64,000 nucleotides of DNA, taken from Gemmatimonas sp. GTDB lineage: Bacteria > Gemmatimonadota > Gemmatimonadetes > Gemmatimonadales > Gemmatimonadaceae. Location of the stretch: assembly GCA_965279375.1 (NCBI GenBank), contig OZ257156.1, positions 3,104,001 through 3,168,000 on the forward strand, read 5' to 3'. Positions within the stretch are counted from its first letter, which is position 1. Each line of letters starts with the position of its first letter. Made by a program: the position numbers and the translations under genes. This document shows, in pieces, positions 8,351-16,800 of this stretch. The notes below the pieces were generated by a model, which saw only the letters and a list, made by a program, of their open reading frames with translations, was not told where the DNA came from and did not search any database.

Positions 8351-9787
8351 CTAGTGCAAGACGTCGATGCGCAGGACGCGCGCCGGCAACTCATCGCCGA
8401 TGCGCACCGTGAGCCCCGGCAGACACTCCAACGACGCATTGCGACCCACCACCGTTCCTCTCGACGGCCCGTCGAGCACATGCCACGGCGTATCGCTCGT
8501 GTTCACCATCCACCACTTCCCGCCATGCTGCGCCACGTAGCCGCGCGCATCGCGAATCGCGCGCTCGTTGGGCAGCACTCCGCTCTTGAGGTGCCAGTCG
8601 TGCAGCGCGAGATGATGCCAGAACACCGTCACATCACCTTCGTCCACGATGCCCGTGCCCGTGTCACGCAGATTGCGCGCGACGATGACCGGCGCCGAGA
8701 TGCGCTCATCGCCGCGCATGGACGTCAACGGCAGCCCGGGGCCCAGCAGCGTCCACTGTCCGGAGGGCAGGGGATAGACCAGCTGCATGGTGCGATAGAG
8801 CGCGAGCTCCCACTCGGCGGCATCCGCGCGACGATCGGGCGCATGCAATCCGTCCACGAACGTCTGCGTGAAGCAGCGCGTGAGATAGGGTCCGAGTCGC
8901 GTGAACGGAATCTGGATCGGTTGCGACGGAGGATTTCGGCGGTCGGTGGGATGCTCCACGAACAGCGCCTTCGCGCCCATCGAGAGTTGCTCGTCTTCTT
9001 CGGCCGAGCGCGTGCTGTTGACGCGCTTGCCCTGCAACGGATGCCGCTGCAGCAGCAGTTCGTAGAGCAGCACGGCCAGTGCGTGCTTGTCCGTCGCAAT
9101 CGACGGCTGCGCCTTGTTGGCCAGCACTTCGGGCGCGATGTATCCCGGCGTGCCCAGTACCGATGGCGGTGCGACGCCCGGCACCACGAGCGAGTCGATG
9201 TCGATGATGCACGCCTCGCCGCCCTTGGGATCCACGAGCACGTTCTTGTTCGACAGGTCCGCGTGCGCGAGACCAGCCATGTGCAGGCGACGCACCGCAC
9301 GCGCCAACCGCACGCCGATTTGCAAGCGCGTCAGCAGCGTGCCCGCCTCGGCGGCGGGCACGAACTTCGACGCCTTGCCGCCGGAGAACCAGCGCACCTC
9401 CTTCTCCTGGCGCTGTCCGAAGCGATCGGTGAAGTAGAACGTCGGCTTGTACGTGGGCGTGACGACGGCGAGCGGCGGCCACACGAGTTGCTGGCGACGC
9501 GCGAACTCGAGCGGAATCGCGTTGGCGCCATCCACCATGCCCACTGGCCAGCAGAAGTACGGCATCCAGTACGCGCCGTTGGTGGCGAGCGTCGGATTGT
9601 AGTTGGTGAGAATGCGCGTCAGCCGATCGACGCGCTCACGTCGATCGGAGAGATGGCCGTAGAAAAAGCCGACTGCGTGTTGCCGATCGCGCGTGAGAAA
9701 CACGCGCTTCTCGGCGCCGGTGCCGACGGGCTCGTCCTCGATCTGGAGGACACGCCCGTCGGTTAAACGGACGGCGACGACGCCCAT
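8351..9787 (-). CDS. TerY-P-type (YegI-like) Ser/Thr protein kinase with a possible FHA-like C-terminal domain
   Basis: GTGAEKRVF, CWP, HADLSNKNVL, IIDIDSL, GTPGYIAPE, TDKHALAVLLYELL..HP; follows PP2C and vWA genes. Confidence 0.88.
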   Translation of the reverse strand: MGVVAVRLTDGRVLQIEDEPVGTGAEKRVFLTRDRQHAVGFFYGHLSDRRERVDRLTRILTNYNPTLATNGAYWMPYFCWPVGMVDGANAIPLEFARRQQLVWPPLAVVTPTYKPTFYFTDRFGQRQEKEVRWFSGGKASKFVPAAEAGTLLTRLQIGVRLARAVRRLHMAGLAHADLSNKNVLVDPKGGEACIIDIDSLVVPGVAPPSVLGTPGYIAPEVLANKAQPSIATDKHALAVLLYELLLQRHPLQGKRVNSTRSAEEDEQLSMGAKALFVEHPTDRRNPPSQPIQIPFTRLGPYLTRCFTQTFVDGLHAPDRRADAAEWELALYRTMQLVYPLPSGQWTLLGPGLPLTSMRGDERISAPVIVARNLRDTGTGIVDEGDVTVFWHHLALHDWHLKSGVLPNERAIRDARGYVAQHGGKWWMVNTSDTPWHVLDGPSRGTVVGRNASLECLPGLTVRIGDELPARVLRIDVLH

Positions 9788-10794
9788 GCGACGAACAGCG
9801 TACGGTCATCGTTCTCGCCGCGCTTCTCGAAGGCGAGCCACTCCATCAACGCATGCACCGGATCGGGCGCGCCAAACACAGTCGCGCGAAAGCCGGGAGT
9901 CACGCCGGCCGCGTTGGCCGTCGCCTCGGTCACGCCCTCGCGCAGCTGCGCGACGATTGCCGGCGCATGGCGCGCGAACGGATACCACGGATCTTCCACG
10001 CCATCGGTGGCCAGCACGATCACCGGCCAGTCGGCCAGCGCGCGCACCGCGACCGACGCGCTCAACCGCTCCGAGGCGCCGTCGTCGGGAAGGAAATGCG
10101 TGACTTCCCCGGAGAACTCGCCCGAGTCACCTGCGTGCGGCGAGGTCGCCGTGCCGTCCGCGCCAATCAGTGCGAGCCCACCGTCCCCGACCTGCATGGT
10201 GGCCAGCTGCGCTCCATGCGCCGCCGCCAACAGCAGCGTGGTGCGAAGGTCGCGTAGCGCGAGTCCTGCCAACTCCGAGAACTGGCGCATCGCCAGGTTG
10301 GCGGCCGCTCCAGCGCGCTGCATCGCCTCTCCCATCGCCTCCGCCGGTGCAGCGCCGTGGTGCAGGGCGTCACGAAGGGCGTGCGTGGCCACATGCGTGG
10401 CAATCGCCGATCCGATACGACTCCACGGCGCGGAGCCTGCGCCGTCGGCCACCGCGGCGCACCAGCCACCGGAAAAGGTGAGCAACGCGGCGGCGTCTTC
10501 GCGATGCTCGCCGCGATGCGCGTGCAGCTTGCCGCGGCGCGACGCGGCGAGCAGAGACCACGGACCGGATGCGGCGCGGGTGCCCGTCGCTTCGAGCAGC
10601 ACGCCAGAAGGCGCCTGCGTCGCGTCAGGAGGCCGCAAACCGGGCGCAACGGCTCCGAGGTGCGCTAGCCACTCTTCGGGGCACCACGGCGATTCTGGGG
10701 CGTTTGTGGCCCACGTCGCGCGCGGCGGTGCGACCTCTGTCGGAGCGGGAGCCTGCTCGGCGCCCGCTCCGGTCGGTGTTTCGGGTGCGGTCAC
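9763..10794 (-). CDS. PP2C-family protein phosphatase (YegK-like)
   Basis: SRRGKLH..REDA, AVADGAGSA, TTLL, QVGDG, LATDGV, NDDRTL. Confidence 0.9.
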   Translation of the reverse strand: MTAPETPTGAGAEQAPAPTEVAPPRATWATNAPESPWCPEEWLAHLGAVAPGLRPPDATQAPSGVLLEATGTRAASGPWSLLAASRRGKLHAHRGEHREDAAALLTFSGGWCAAVADGAGSAPWSRIGSAIATHVATHALRDALHHGAAPAEAMGEAMQRAGAAANLAMRQFSELAGLALRDLRTTLLLAAAHGAQLATMQVGDGGLALIGADGTATSPHAGDSGEFSGEVTHFLPDDGASERLSASVAVRALADWPVIVLATDGVEDPWYPFARHAPAIVAQLREGVTEATANAAGVTPGFRATVFGAPDPVHALMEWLAFEKRGENDDRTLFVAWASSPSV

Positions 10795-10797
10795 GCG

Positions 10798-11439
10798 TCA
10801 GGGAACGATCGTGATGCCCGGCGGCGGCGGCGGGAGCGTGATCCCTGCGCCATCGCCAAGGGCGCCCACCTTCGCGCTCGTCTGCTTGACGGACGCGGAA
10901 ACGAAGCGGAAGAACGCCTTGAACGCGTCGGGGGACATGTCCTGCATCTGGATGACGCTTTCGGTGACCTGCTTGAGCACCGACGTGTCGGCCTGATCGC
11001 CGCAGGCGACGGCGATGATGTTGGCCGGCCGGCGATCGCGCAGCTGCTGTGCGTACATGGGCCACTCGGTGTCCGTCGGCGCACCGTCCGACAGAATGAA
11101 CACGAGCGGGCGCCAGTCACCCTTCACTTCGGCGGTCGTGCGCACCAGCTCGCGATCGAAGACGTCGAGCAGCATGCGGAGACCATCGCCAAAGTGTGTG
11201 TTGCCGCTGGCGACGAGGTCCGGCGGATTGAACGCGGCCACTTCGGTCAGGGGCACGAGCTGCTGTGCGCTGTTGGAGAACGTCAGCACCGAGAGGTACG
11301 CGCTTTCGATAGCCTGCGGATCGCCGAGCAGGTCGCGATGCAGCTGTCGGATACCTGACTTGACGGACTCGATGGGCGTGCCCTGCATCGAGCCGGAGAC
11401 ATCGGCGAGGATGTAGACGGGAAGGCGGCGGGTAGACAC
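10798..11439 (-). CDS. terY: TerY-like vWA domain protein (YegL-like)
   Basis: RRLPVYILADVSGSM (MIDAS), DPQAIE, GDWRPLVFILSDGAPTD, FFRFVSASV, C-terminal LPPPPPGITIV. Confidence 0.9.
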   Translation of the reverse strand: MSTRRLPVYILADVSGSMQGTPIESVKSGIRQLHRDLLGDPQAIESAYLSVLTFSNSAQQLVPLTEVAAFNPPDLVASGNTHFGDGLRMLLDVFDRELVRTTAEVKGDWRPLVFILSDGAPTDTEWPMYAQQLRDRRPANIIAVACGDQADTSVLKQVTESVIQMQDMSPDAFKAFFRFVSASVKQTSAKVGALGDGAGITLPPPPPGITIVP

Positions 11440-11641
11440 GGTCTCGGAGGTCGGAAGGGGACGGCGTGCCGTGCGAGCGCAGCACGGTCTGAGGGAAGCT
11501 TATCGCGGTGTGGGCATGAACGCCGCCGACCGCGCATTCGGTTTCGTCGAATGTCGTCGCCGGCGCAGCGCCGGTTCGTCGATCGATTGTCGTTCGTCTT
11601 GCTACGCATCGCGCGCTGTCGTGGATCCGCGAAGCCCCCGG

Positions 11642-11676
11642 AACGCAAGACCCCGTGACGCCGAAGCGCCACGGGG
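11642..11676 (-). terminator. Probable intrinsic terminator of the puf operon
   Basis: Minus strand CCCCGTGGCGC-TTCG-GCGTCACGGGG followed by TCTTGCGTT, 60 bp after the pufC stop; the U-tract is weak. Confidence 0.65.
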
Positions 11677-11736
11677 CCGGGCCGCGCGGTAGGCCAGTGG
11701 CCAGATGCGCAGCTAGGAGCGATGCAACGTCGTGCT

Positions 11737-12867
11737 CTAGCGCGTCCCGCCAGCCGGTCCGCCGGTCGCCGTGCCGGTGCTCGGCGCGGACGGTCCCTTG
11801 GCGGAGCTCTTCACGGCGGGAGCAACGGTCGGAGCAGGCAGCGCATTGAGCGCGCTGTCGACTGCCGGCGTCGCGGCCGTGCCAATGCCCTTGAACGGCA
11901 CGCCATTCCACTCGGAACGTCCCCACAGAGCCGGATAGTGCTTGGCCATCTGGGCCGCGTAGAGCGGCTTGTAGTTGCCGTTGTGGCACGTCAGGCACTG
12001 CGCCTTGGGCGCGTCACCCATCGTGCCGAGGCGAACCGACGGATAGACGGGCTGCAGCGGCGAGAGGTAGTTCGTGTTCAGGTCTCGCAGCATCAGGATG
12101 CCGTGCATCGCCGTCACGCGCTGTGGCGGTGCCTGCGTCCAGCTCGCGAACTGGCGGGTGTTGTGGCAGTACGTGCAGTTGACGCCGAGCGACTTGGACT
12201 GGCTCATCATCAGTGCATACGTCCACTCCGCCTGCTTGACCGAGCTGCGATTCGCGTTGGACGGAGCCAGTGCCTGCGTAATGACGCGGGCGCCATCGCG
12301 ATCGAGGTAGTGCCGCAGGTAGTCGTTCTGATCGGAGTAGAACCACAGTCCGTTCGGAAGCGGCTTGCCCAGGTGGCACGTGTAGCAGGTAACGCCGGTG
12401 TTCTTGACGTGCGCCGAGTACTGACCGTTGATCTGCCGCGTCATCTGCAGCATGCGGCGTGCGACCAGCTTGGTGTAGATCGGCTTGCCGTTCGCGAGCG
12501 TGTCGTCGGCCAGATTGGCGACGTTGTGGCAGTAGGCGCAGTTACCCGTGCCGGCCACCCAGGTGCTCATCGCCGTCATCGTGCGGAGAAATTCCGTCGG
12601 GGAGACGTCGTTCAACACCTGCACGTTCCGCCAGGGAAGCGGACCCGGAGGAGACTCCCCTGCCGGTGGCAGGGGATCCGGGATCTTCACCTGCTTGAAC
12701 TTCTCCATCACTTCGCTGTGCCGGTAATTCTGCTCCATGGCGACGCCGCGGTAGCCGACCTGCACACTGTCGGTCTTGTTGTCTTCGATGCAGGCACCGA
12801 GCGACAGCAGCAGGACAGGGGCAGCCGACAGCGCCGTGGCGCGCAGGCGATGCGAGAACGACCTCAT
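11737..12867 (-). CDS. pufC: RC-bound tetraheme cytochrome c subunit
   Basis: Lipobox LSLGAC, QVGYRG, four CxxCH motifs (CAYCH, CYTCH, CTYCH, CLTCH). Confidence 0.97.
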   Translation of the reverse strand: MRSFSHRLRATALSAAPVLLLSLGACIEDNKTDSVQVGYRGVAMEQNYRHSEVMEKFKQVKIPDPLPPAGESPPGPLPWRNVQVLNDVSPTEFLRTMTAMSTWVAGTGNCAYCHNVANLADDTLANGKPIYTKLVARRMLQMTRQINGQYSAHVKNTGVTCYTCHLGKPLPNGLWFYSDQNDYLRHYLDRDGARVITQALAPSNANRSSVKQAEWTYALMMSQSKSLGVNCTYCHNTRQFASWTQAPPQRVTAMHGILMLRDLNTNYLSPLQPVYPSVRLGTMGDAPKAQCLTCHNGNYKPLYAAQMAKHYPALWGRSEWNGVPFKGIGTAATPAVDSALNALPAPTVAPAVKSSAKGPSAPSTGTATGGPAGGTR

Positions 12868-13994
12868 GGGATCCTCCGGGCGCCAGCAGAATCCGGCGTC
12901 ACAGCGGCGGTGGAGTCCGCCTTCTTGGTGGTGTCGGAGGGCACCGCCATGACCGTGCTGTCGAGCATCATCGGTGCAACCGGCGCGTTGTACAACGGGA
13001 ACGAATCCGGAGCCGTGCCCTGATACCGGCCGCGCAGCAGCTGCTGCTGTTCCGGTGTCAGCGTGTTCTGCGCGGGATAGGCCGAAACCAGTCCGTGCTT
13101 CACGCCCCAGAGATACCAGTTGTCAACGACCGTGCCCGTGAGAAGGATCCCGATGCCACCGGTGAAGGTGGTGAGCACCGCGAACCACCACGACCAGCGG
13201 TGAATCGATTCCATCGTGGCGTTGAAGCCCATCGTCCAGCGCCAGAAGAGCATCGAGCGTTCCGCAGCCGTACCACGATCGGTGATCTGTTCGATTTCGC
13301 GTTCGCCGCCCAAGCGGGCCACCGCGAGAATCGTCGCACCGTGCATGGCGAAGAGCACCGCGCTGCCGTACAGGAACACGATCGAGAGCGCGTGGAACGG
13401 GTTGTAGTACAGGTTGCCGTAGCGAATCGAGAACGCCGACGTCCAATCGAGGTGCGGGAAGATGCCGAAGGGCACCATCTCGCTCCAGCTGCCGACCAAC
13501 AGCGGCTGGAAGAAGAACGCCAGGTACAGGAAGATCGCGGAGGCGAACGCCCAGGGCAGATGCGTGCCCATGTTCAACTGCGTCGCACGGCGGTACACGC
13601 GAACCCACCAGAGGAGGATGCTGATCGTCAGGAAGAACCCGGCCATCAGATACCAGCCACCCTGATTCAGCGGCGGGATGTGCAGTCCGTACTGCGGTGG
13701 AGGTGGCTCAAGCGCGAGCCACGGCAGCTGCCGAATGAACTCGCCCGGGCTCCATCCCACCGACCGCCACATGTTCAACCCGATGATCTCGAAGGCCATG
13801 AAGCCGAAGAGCAACGAGAAGACGCCAGCGGTGCCGAGATAGATCGGGCCGAACTGCGCGTCGCCGAACTTGCCGGCCAGCGACGAGAAGAAGCCCTTGC
13901 CGAAGCGAACGTCCGGCGAGCCGGGAATCGGGAGCCCTTGTTCCGGAAGCGTCCGGACCTGGACACGCGTGAAGAGGTTCTGGTACTCGAGCAT
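12864..13994 (-). CDS. pufM: Reaction centre M subunit with C-terminal extension
   Basis: [51 protein letters not shown]. Confidence 0.99.
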   Translation of the reverse strand: MLEYQNLFTRVQVRTLPEQGLPIPGSPDVRFGKGFFSSLAGKFGDAQFGPIYLGTAGVFSLLFGFMAFEIIGLNMWRSVGWSPGEFIRQLPWLALEPPPPQYGLHIPPLNQGGWYLMAGFFLTISILLWWVRVYRRATQLNMGTHLPWAFASAIFLYLAFFFQPLLVGSWSEMVPFGIFPHLDWTSAFSIRYGNLYYNPFHALSIVFLYGSAVLFAMHGATILAVARLGGEREIEQITDRGTAAERSMLFWRWTMGFNATMESIHRWSWWFAVLTTFTGGIGILLTGTVVDNWYLWGVKHGLVSAYPAQNTLTPEQQQLLRGRYQGTAPDSFPLYNAPVAPMMLDSTVMAVPSDTTKKADSTAAVTPDSAGARRIP

Positions 13995-14008
13995 GTGATT
14001 ACCTGTCC

Positions 14009-14833
14009 TCAGCGCCAGATCGGAAGATTAAGCCACCAGCCCCACCACTCGGGCCAGCCCTTCGTCCAGAAGGGACCGGAGATCACGATGCAGATGGCAC
14101 TCCAGATGGCCGCGCTCATCGCGAGGAAGAGCCCCAGCCGATGGATACCGATCGCGCCGATCGAGTAGCCGAGCAGATCGCGGAAGAAGACGTTTTCAGT
14201 TTCGCTCGTGCCGACCGGCGTCCCCTTCTTCGGATTGGTCACTGACAGAATCAGCGAGCCGTGCATCGCCAGCGCGAGGCAGTTCGTGAAGAAGAAGGTC
14301 ACGGCGATCATGTGCGCCGGATTGTAGTGGAAGTGGAGATACTGGTACCCCACATTCGACACCCAATCCAGATGCGAGAAGATGCCGTAGGGGAATCCAT
14401 GGCCCCATGCACCCATCAGCAACGGTCGAATAACCACCAGCGTGACGTAGGCCAGCACTGCGGCGCCATACGCCCAGGGGATATGCATCCCCATGCCAAG
14501 CTTTCGGCTGATCTCGGCCTGACGCAGCGCCCAGCTACCGAATGCACCCACGGCACAGATGGTGATGATCTGCCACAGACCTCCTTCGCGCAGAGGCGCG
14601 AAGCCGAGCCCGTACTTCAGGTCGGGTGGGGCGATGGAGATCTGCCAGAGGTTCCACGTCGGTCCCATTGCCGCGCCCCAAACACAGAGCATGGTGCCGA
14701 GCAGAATGAAAAAGATTGCCGAAACACCAAAAAAGCCCACGTAAAACGGACCGAACCAGAAATCAAAAAGATCTCCGCCAATCAGCGTTCCACCGCGGAC
14801 TCGATATTTCTTTTCAAAACTGAGCATCGCCAT
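14009..14833 (-). CDS. pufL: Reaction centre L subunit
   Basis: [51 protein letters not shown]. Confidence 0.99.
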   Translation of the reverse strand: MAMLSFEKKYRVRGGTLIGGDLFDFWFGPFYVGFFGVSAIFFILLGTMLCVWGAAMGPTWNLWQISIAPPDLKYGLGFAPLREGGLWQIITICAVGAFGSWALRQAEISRKLGMGMHIPWAYGAAVLAYVTLVVIRPLLMGAWGHGFPYGIFSHLDWVSNVGYQYLHFHYNPAHMIAVTFFFTNCLALAMHGSLILSVTNPKKGTPVGTSETENVFFRDLLGYSIGAIGIHRLGLFLAMSAAIWSAICIVISGPFWTKGWPEWWGWWLNLPIWR

Positions 14834-14879
14834 GGGCGATTTCTCCAAGCTGCAAACGATGGCGGAGGGGTGGCGTCGG

Positions 14880-14921
14880 CCGGGGATGGCATCGCACCGA
14901 CACGTGCGATCACCATCCCGG
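14880..14921 (-). other. pufA-pufL intercistronic stem-loop
   Basis: CCGGGGATGGCATCGCAC-CGACAC-GTGCGATCACCATCCCGG imperfect inverted repeat beginning 17 bp after the pufA stop. Confidence 0.7.
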
Positions 14922-14938
14922 CGGCGACGCGCGACGTA

Positions 14939-15154
14939 TTACCGGCCGGGCGGGAGCGGCGACATTTCTGCCGCCGTTGCCGGAGCCGATGCCCCGACGG
15001 GCGCCTGCGCAGCGGTCAACGTGCCGTTCTCGATCCACGAGTAACGAACGCTGCTGAGCAGGATGAAATGAATGACGAACGCGAGCAGTCCGAGGAAGCC
15101 AGCCATGGCGACCATGATGCGACGCGGGTCATACATCAACCAGATGCGATGCAT
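14939..15154 (-). CDS. pufA: LH1 alpha polypeptide (long form)
   Basis: MHRIWLMYDPRR..VIHFILLSSVRYSW with BChl-ligand His and Trp+11; GGGAG RBS. Confidence 0.97.
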   Translation of the reverse strand: MHRIWLMYDPRRIMVAMAGFLGLLAFVIHFILLSSVRYSWIENGTLTAAQAPVGASAPATAAEMSPLPPGR

Positions 15155-15165
15155 GATGGTCTCCC

Positions 15166-15330
15166 TTAACGGGTGGCGGCGGCAGGCGTCGCGTACTTCG
15201 CTACCGTGCTGCCAGGGTAGTTGACCACGCGGAAGGCGAAGAGGTGAATCACGAGCACCGTTCCGGCGATAAACGAGCCGAGGACGGACATGATGATTTG
15301 GGGATCGAGCCCCACCCAGATTCGATGCAT
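15166..15330 (-). CDS. pufA: Second LH alpha polypeptide (54 aa; probable outer-ring LHh alpha), absent from the ORF track
   Basis: Manual translation MHRIWVGLDPQIIMSVLGSFIAGTVLVIHLFAFRVVNYPGSTVAKYATPAAATR*; AAGGAG RBS. Confidence 0.93.
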   Translation of the reverse strand: MHRIWVGLDPQIIMSVLGSFIAGTVLVIHLFAFRVVNYPGSTVAKYATPAAATR

Positions 15331-15375
15331 GTAGCGCTCCTTAGTGCGCAGATGTTATGCGGTAACCAGCGGGAC

Positions 15376-15513
15376 TCAGAACCAGGGACGCCAGCTCCAC
15401 GCGAGCAGATGCGCGCCAACAGCCGTCAGCACGAACGCCGCAGTGCCCGCAACGAAGAAGCCATGAAAGCGACGGGCCTCTTCCTCGGTCATGCCGCCAT
15501 TTCCTTCAGCCAT
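15376..15513 (-). CDS. pufB: LH beta polypeptide
   Basis: MAEGNGGMTEEEARRFHGFF..VGAHLLAWSWRPWF; GGAGG RBS. Confidence 0.97.
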   Translation of the reverse strand: MAEGNGGMTEEEARRFHGFFVAGTAAFVLTAVGAHLLAWSWRPWF

Positions 15514-15607
15514 ACATCCTCCAGAGAAAAGCGATGCTACCGCGCTCGTCCCGCGCGGCCGGGATGCCAAATCCATGCGGACTCGGCGAACACACTGTTC
15601 TTGCGGC

Positions 15608-15651
15608 TGTAAACTTCACCTTACAGTGCACGCCGTCAAGAATTATTTACA
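15608..15651. promoter_or_regulatory. Tandem PpsR/CrtJ boxes in the pufB/bchO divergent region
   Basis: TGT-AAACTTCACCTT-ACA (15608-15625), 8-bp spacer, then CGT-CAAGAATTATTT-ACA (15634-15651). Confidence 0.8.
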
Positions 15652-15674
15652 CTTTTGCACAACATTTCTTGCTC

Positions 15675-16601
15675 ATGGTTCCAGACACCCCCGATTTCTC
15701 TCGAAAGGACGGCCCAATCACCGATACTCCTCCTCCCGATTGGCCCTTTCGCGAGCACTCACAGTTCCGCGAACTCCACGGGGTGCGCTGGCATTTCCAA
15801 CAGATGGGGCAGGGGCCACAACTCCTCCTCGTCCATGGCACGGGCGGCTCGGTCCACTCGTGGCACCACTGCCTCGCCACCCTCGCCAAGTCGTTCCGCG
15901 TCACCGCCATCGACCTGCCCGGACACGGATTCACGCTCGTCCCCGAGGACGTCGATGCGCGCGACGACCTCTACTCCCTGGAAGGGATGGCGCGCGCGCT
16001 CGCCCAACTGCTCCGCACCATCGATGTGAATCCCACGCTCGTCGCCGGACACTCGGCGGGCGTCGCGGTACTGCTGCGCATGGTGCTCGATGCGCACATC
16101 GCTCCGGCACGCTTGGTCGGCTTCAATCCGGCGCTGGTCGCACCGCCCGACTTCTACGTCGCCTTCATCGCACCGATCCTCGGCACCTTCTTCGAGTCGC
16201 GCCTCGTTGCCGACAGCGGCGCATGGATCGCGCGCAGCACGGGTATGATCCGCACGATGCTGTCGAGCACGGGTACGGCGCTGTCTCCGGAAGACCTCGC
16301 CCGCTACGAACTGCTCTGCAAACGACCGCAGCACGTGCACGCGGCCATGGCGATGATGTCGCGGTGGGACCTGCCCAAGATCGTGCGTGATTCGGTCTCG
16401 CTCACCACACCTGTTGAACTCATCGCCGGCGACAACGACCGCTGGGTGCCGTATGCCTCGCTGCAGCGCAGCGTCGCGCGCCTACCGTCGGCCACGCTGC
16501 GCGCTGTCGCCGGTGCAGGGCATCTGCTGCTCGAAGAACGCCCGGAGGAAATCGTTGGCGCGCTGGTGGGAGCGCTTGGCGGGAGTTCGCGCGTAGGATA
16601 G
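15675..16601 (+). CDS. bchO: BchO-family alpha/beta hydrolase
   Basis: PPDWPFREHS, LLVHGTGGSVHSW, DLPGHG, GHSAG, AGHL; located within the PGC. Confidence 0.85.
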   Translation: MVPDTPDFSRKDGPITDTPPPDWPFREHSQFRELHGVRWHFQQMGQGPQLLLVHGTGGSVHSWHHCLATLAKSFRVTAIDLPGHGFTLVPEDVDARDDLYSLEGMARALAQLLRTIDVNPTLVAGHSAGVAVLLRMVLDAHIAPARLVGFNPALVAPPDFYVAFIAPILGTFFESRLVADSGAWIARSTGMIRTMLSSTGTALSPEDLARYELLCKRPQHVHAAMAMMSRWDLPKIVRDSVSLTTPVELIAGDNDRWVPYASLQRSVARLPSATLRAVAGAGHLLLEERPEEIVGALVGALGGSSRVG

Positions 16602-16620
16602 CTGTGGAGGGATAACAGCA

Positions 16621-16760
16621 GATGAACTGCCTGGCCACGGATAACAAATGAAACGCGCGGAAAAAGCTCGCGGATACTGCAAACAACAATTGTTGTTTTC
16701 GTAGTATCCGCGAGCTTCTTCCGTTTCTATCGGCTCTTATCCGTGGCCGAGCAGTTCATC
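16621..16760. repeat. 140-bp imperfect inverted repeat between convergent bchO and bchZ
   Basis: Outer arms GATGAACTGCCTGGCCACGGATAA / TTATCCGTGGCCGAGCAGTTCATC; inner arms CGGAAAAAGCTCGCGGATACTGCAAACAAC / GTTGTTTTCGTAGTATCCGCGAGCTTCTTCCG. Confidence 0.85.
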
Positions 16761-16800
16761 ATCTTCTATCCGCCTCAATCCCCAGACCAGCCCATAGCGC

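Noticed and set aside
5072..11736. Insert as an active mobile element
   Set aside because: No integrase, transposase, terminal repeats or obvious compositional shift seen.
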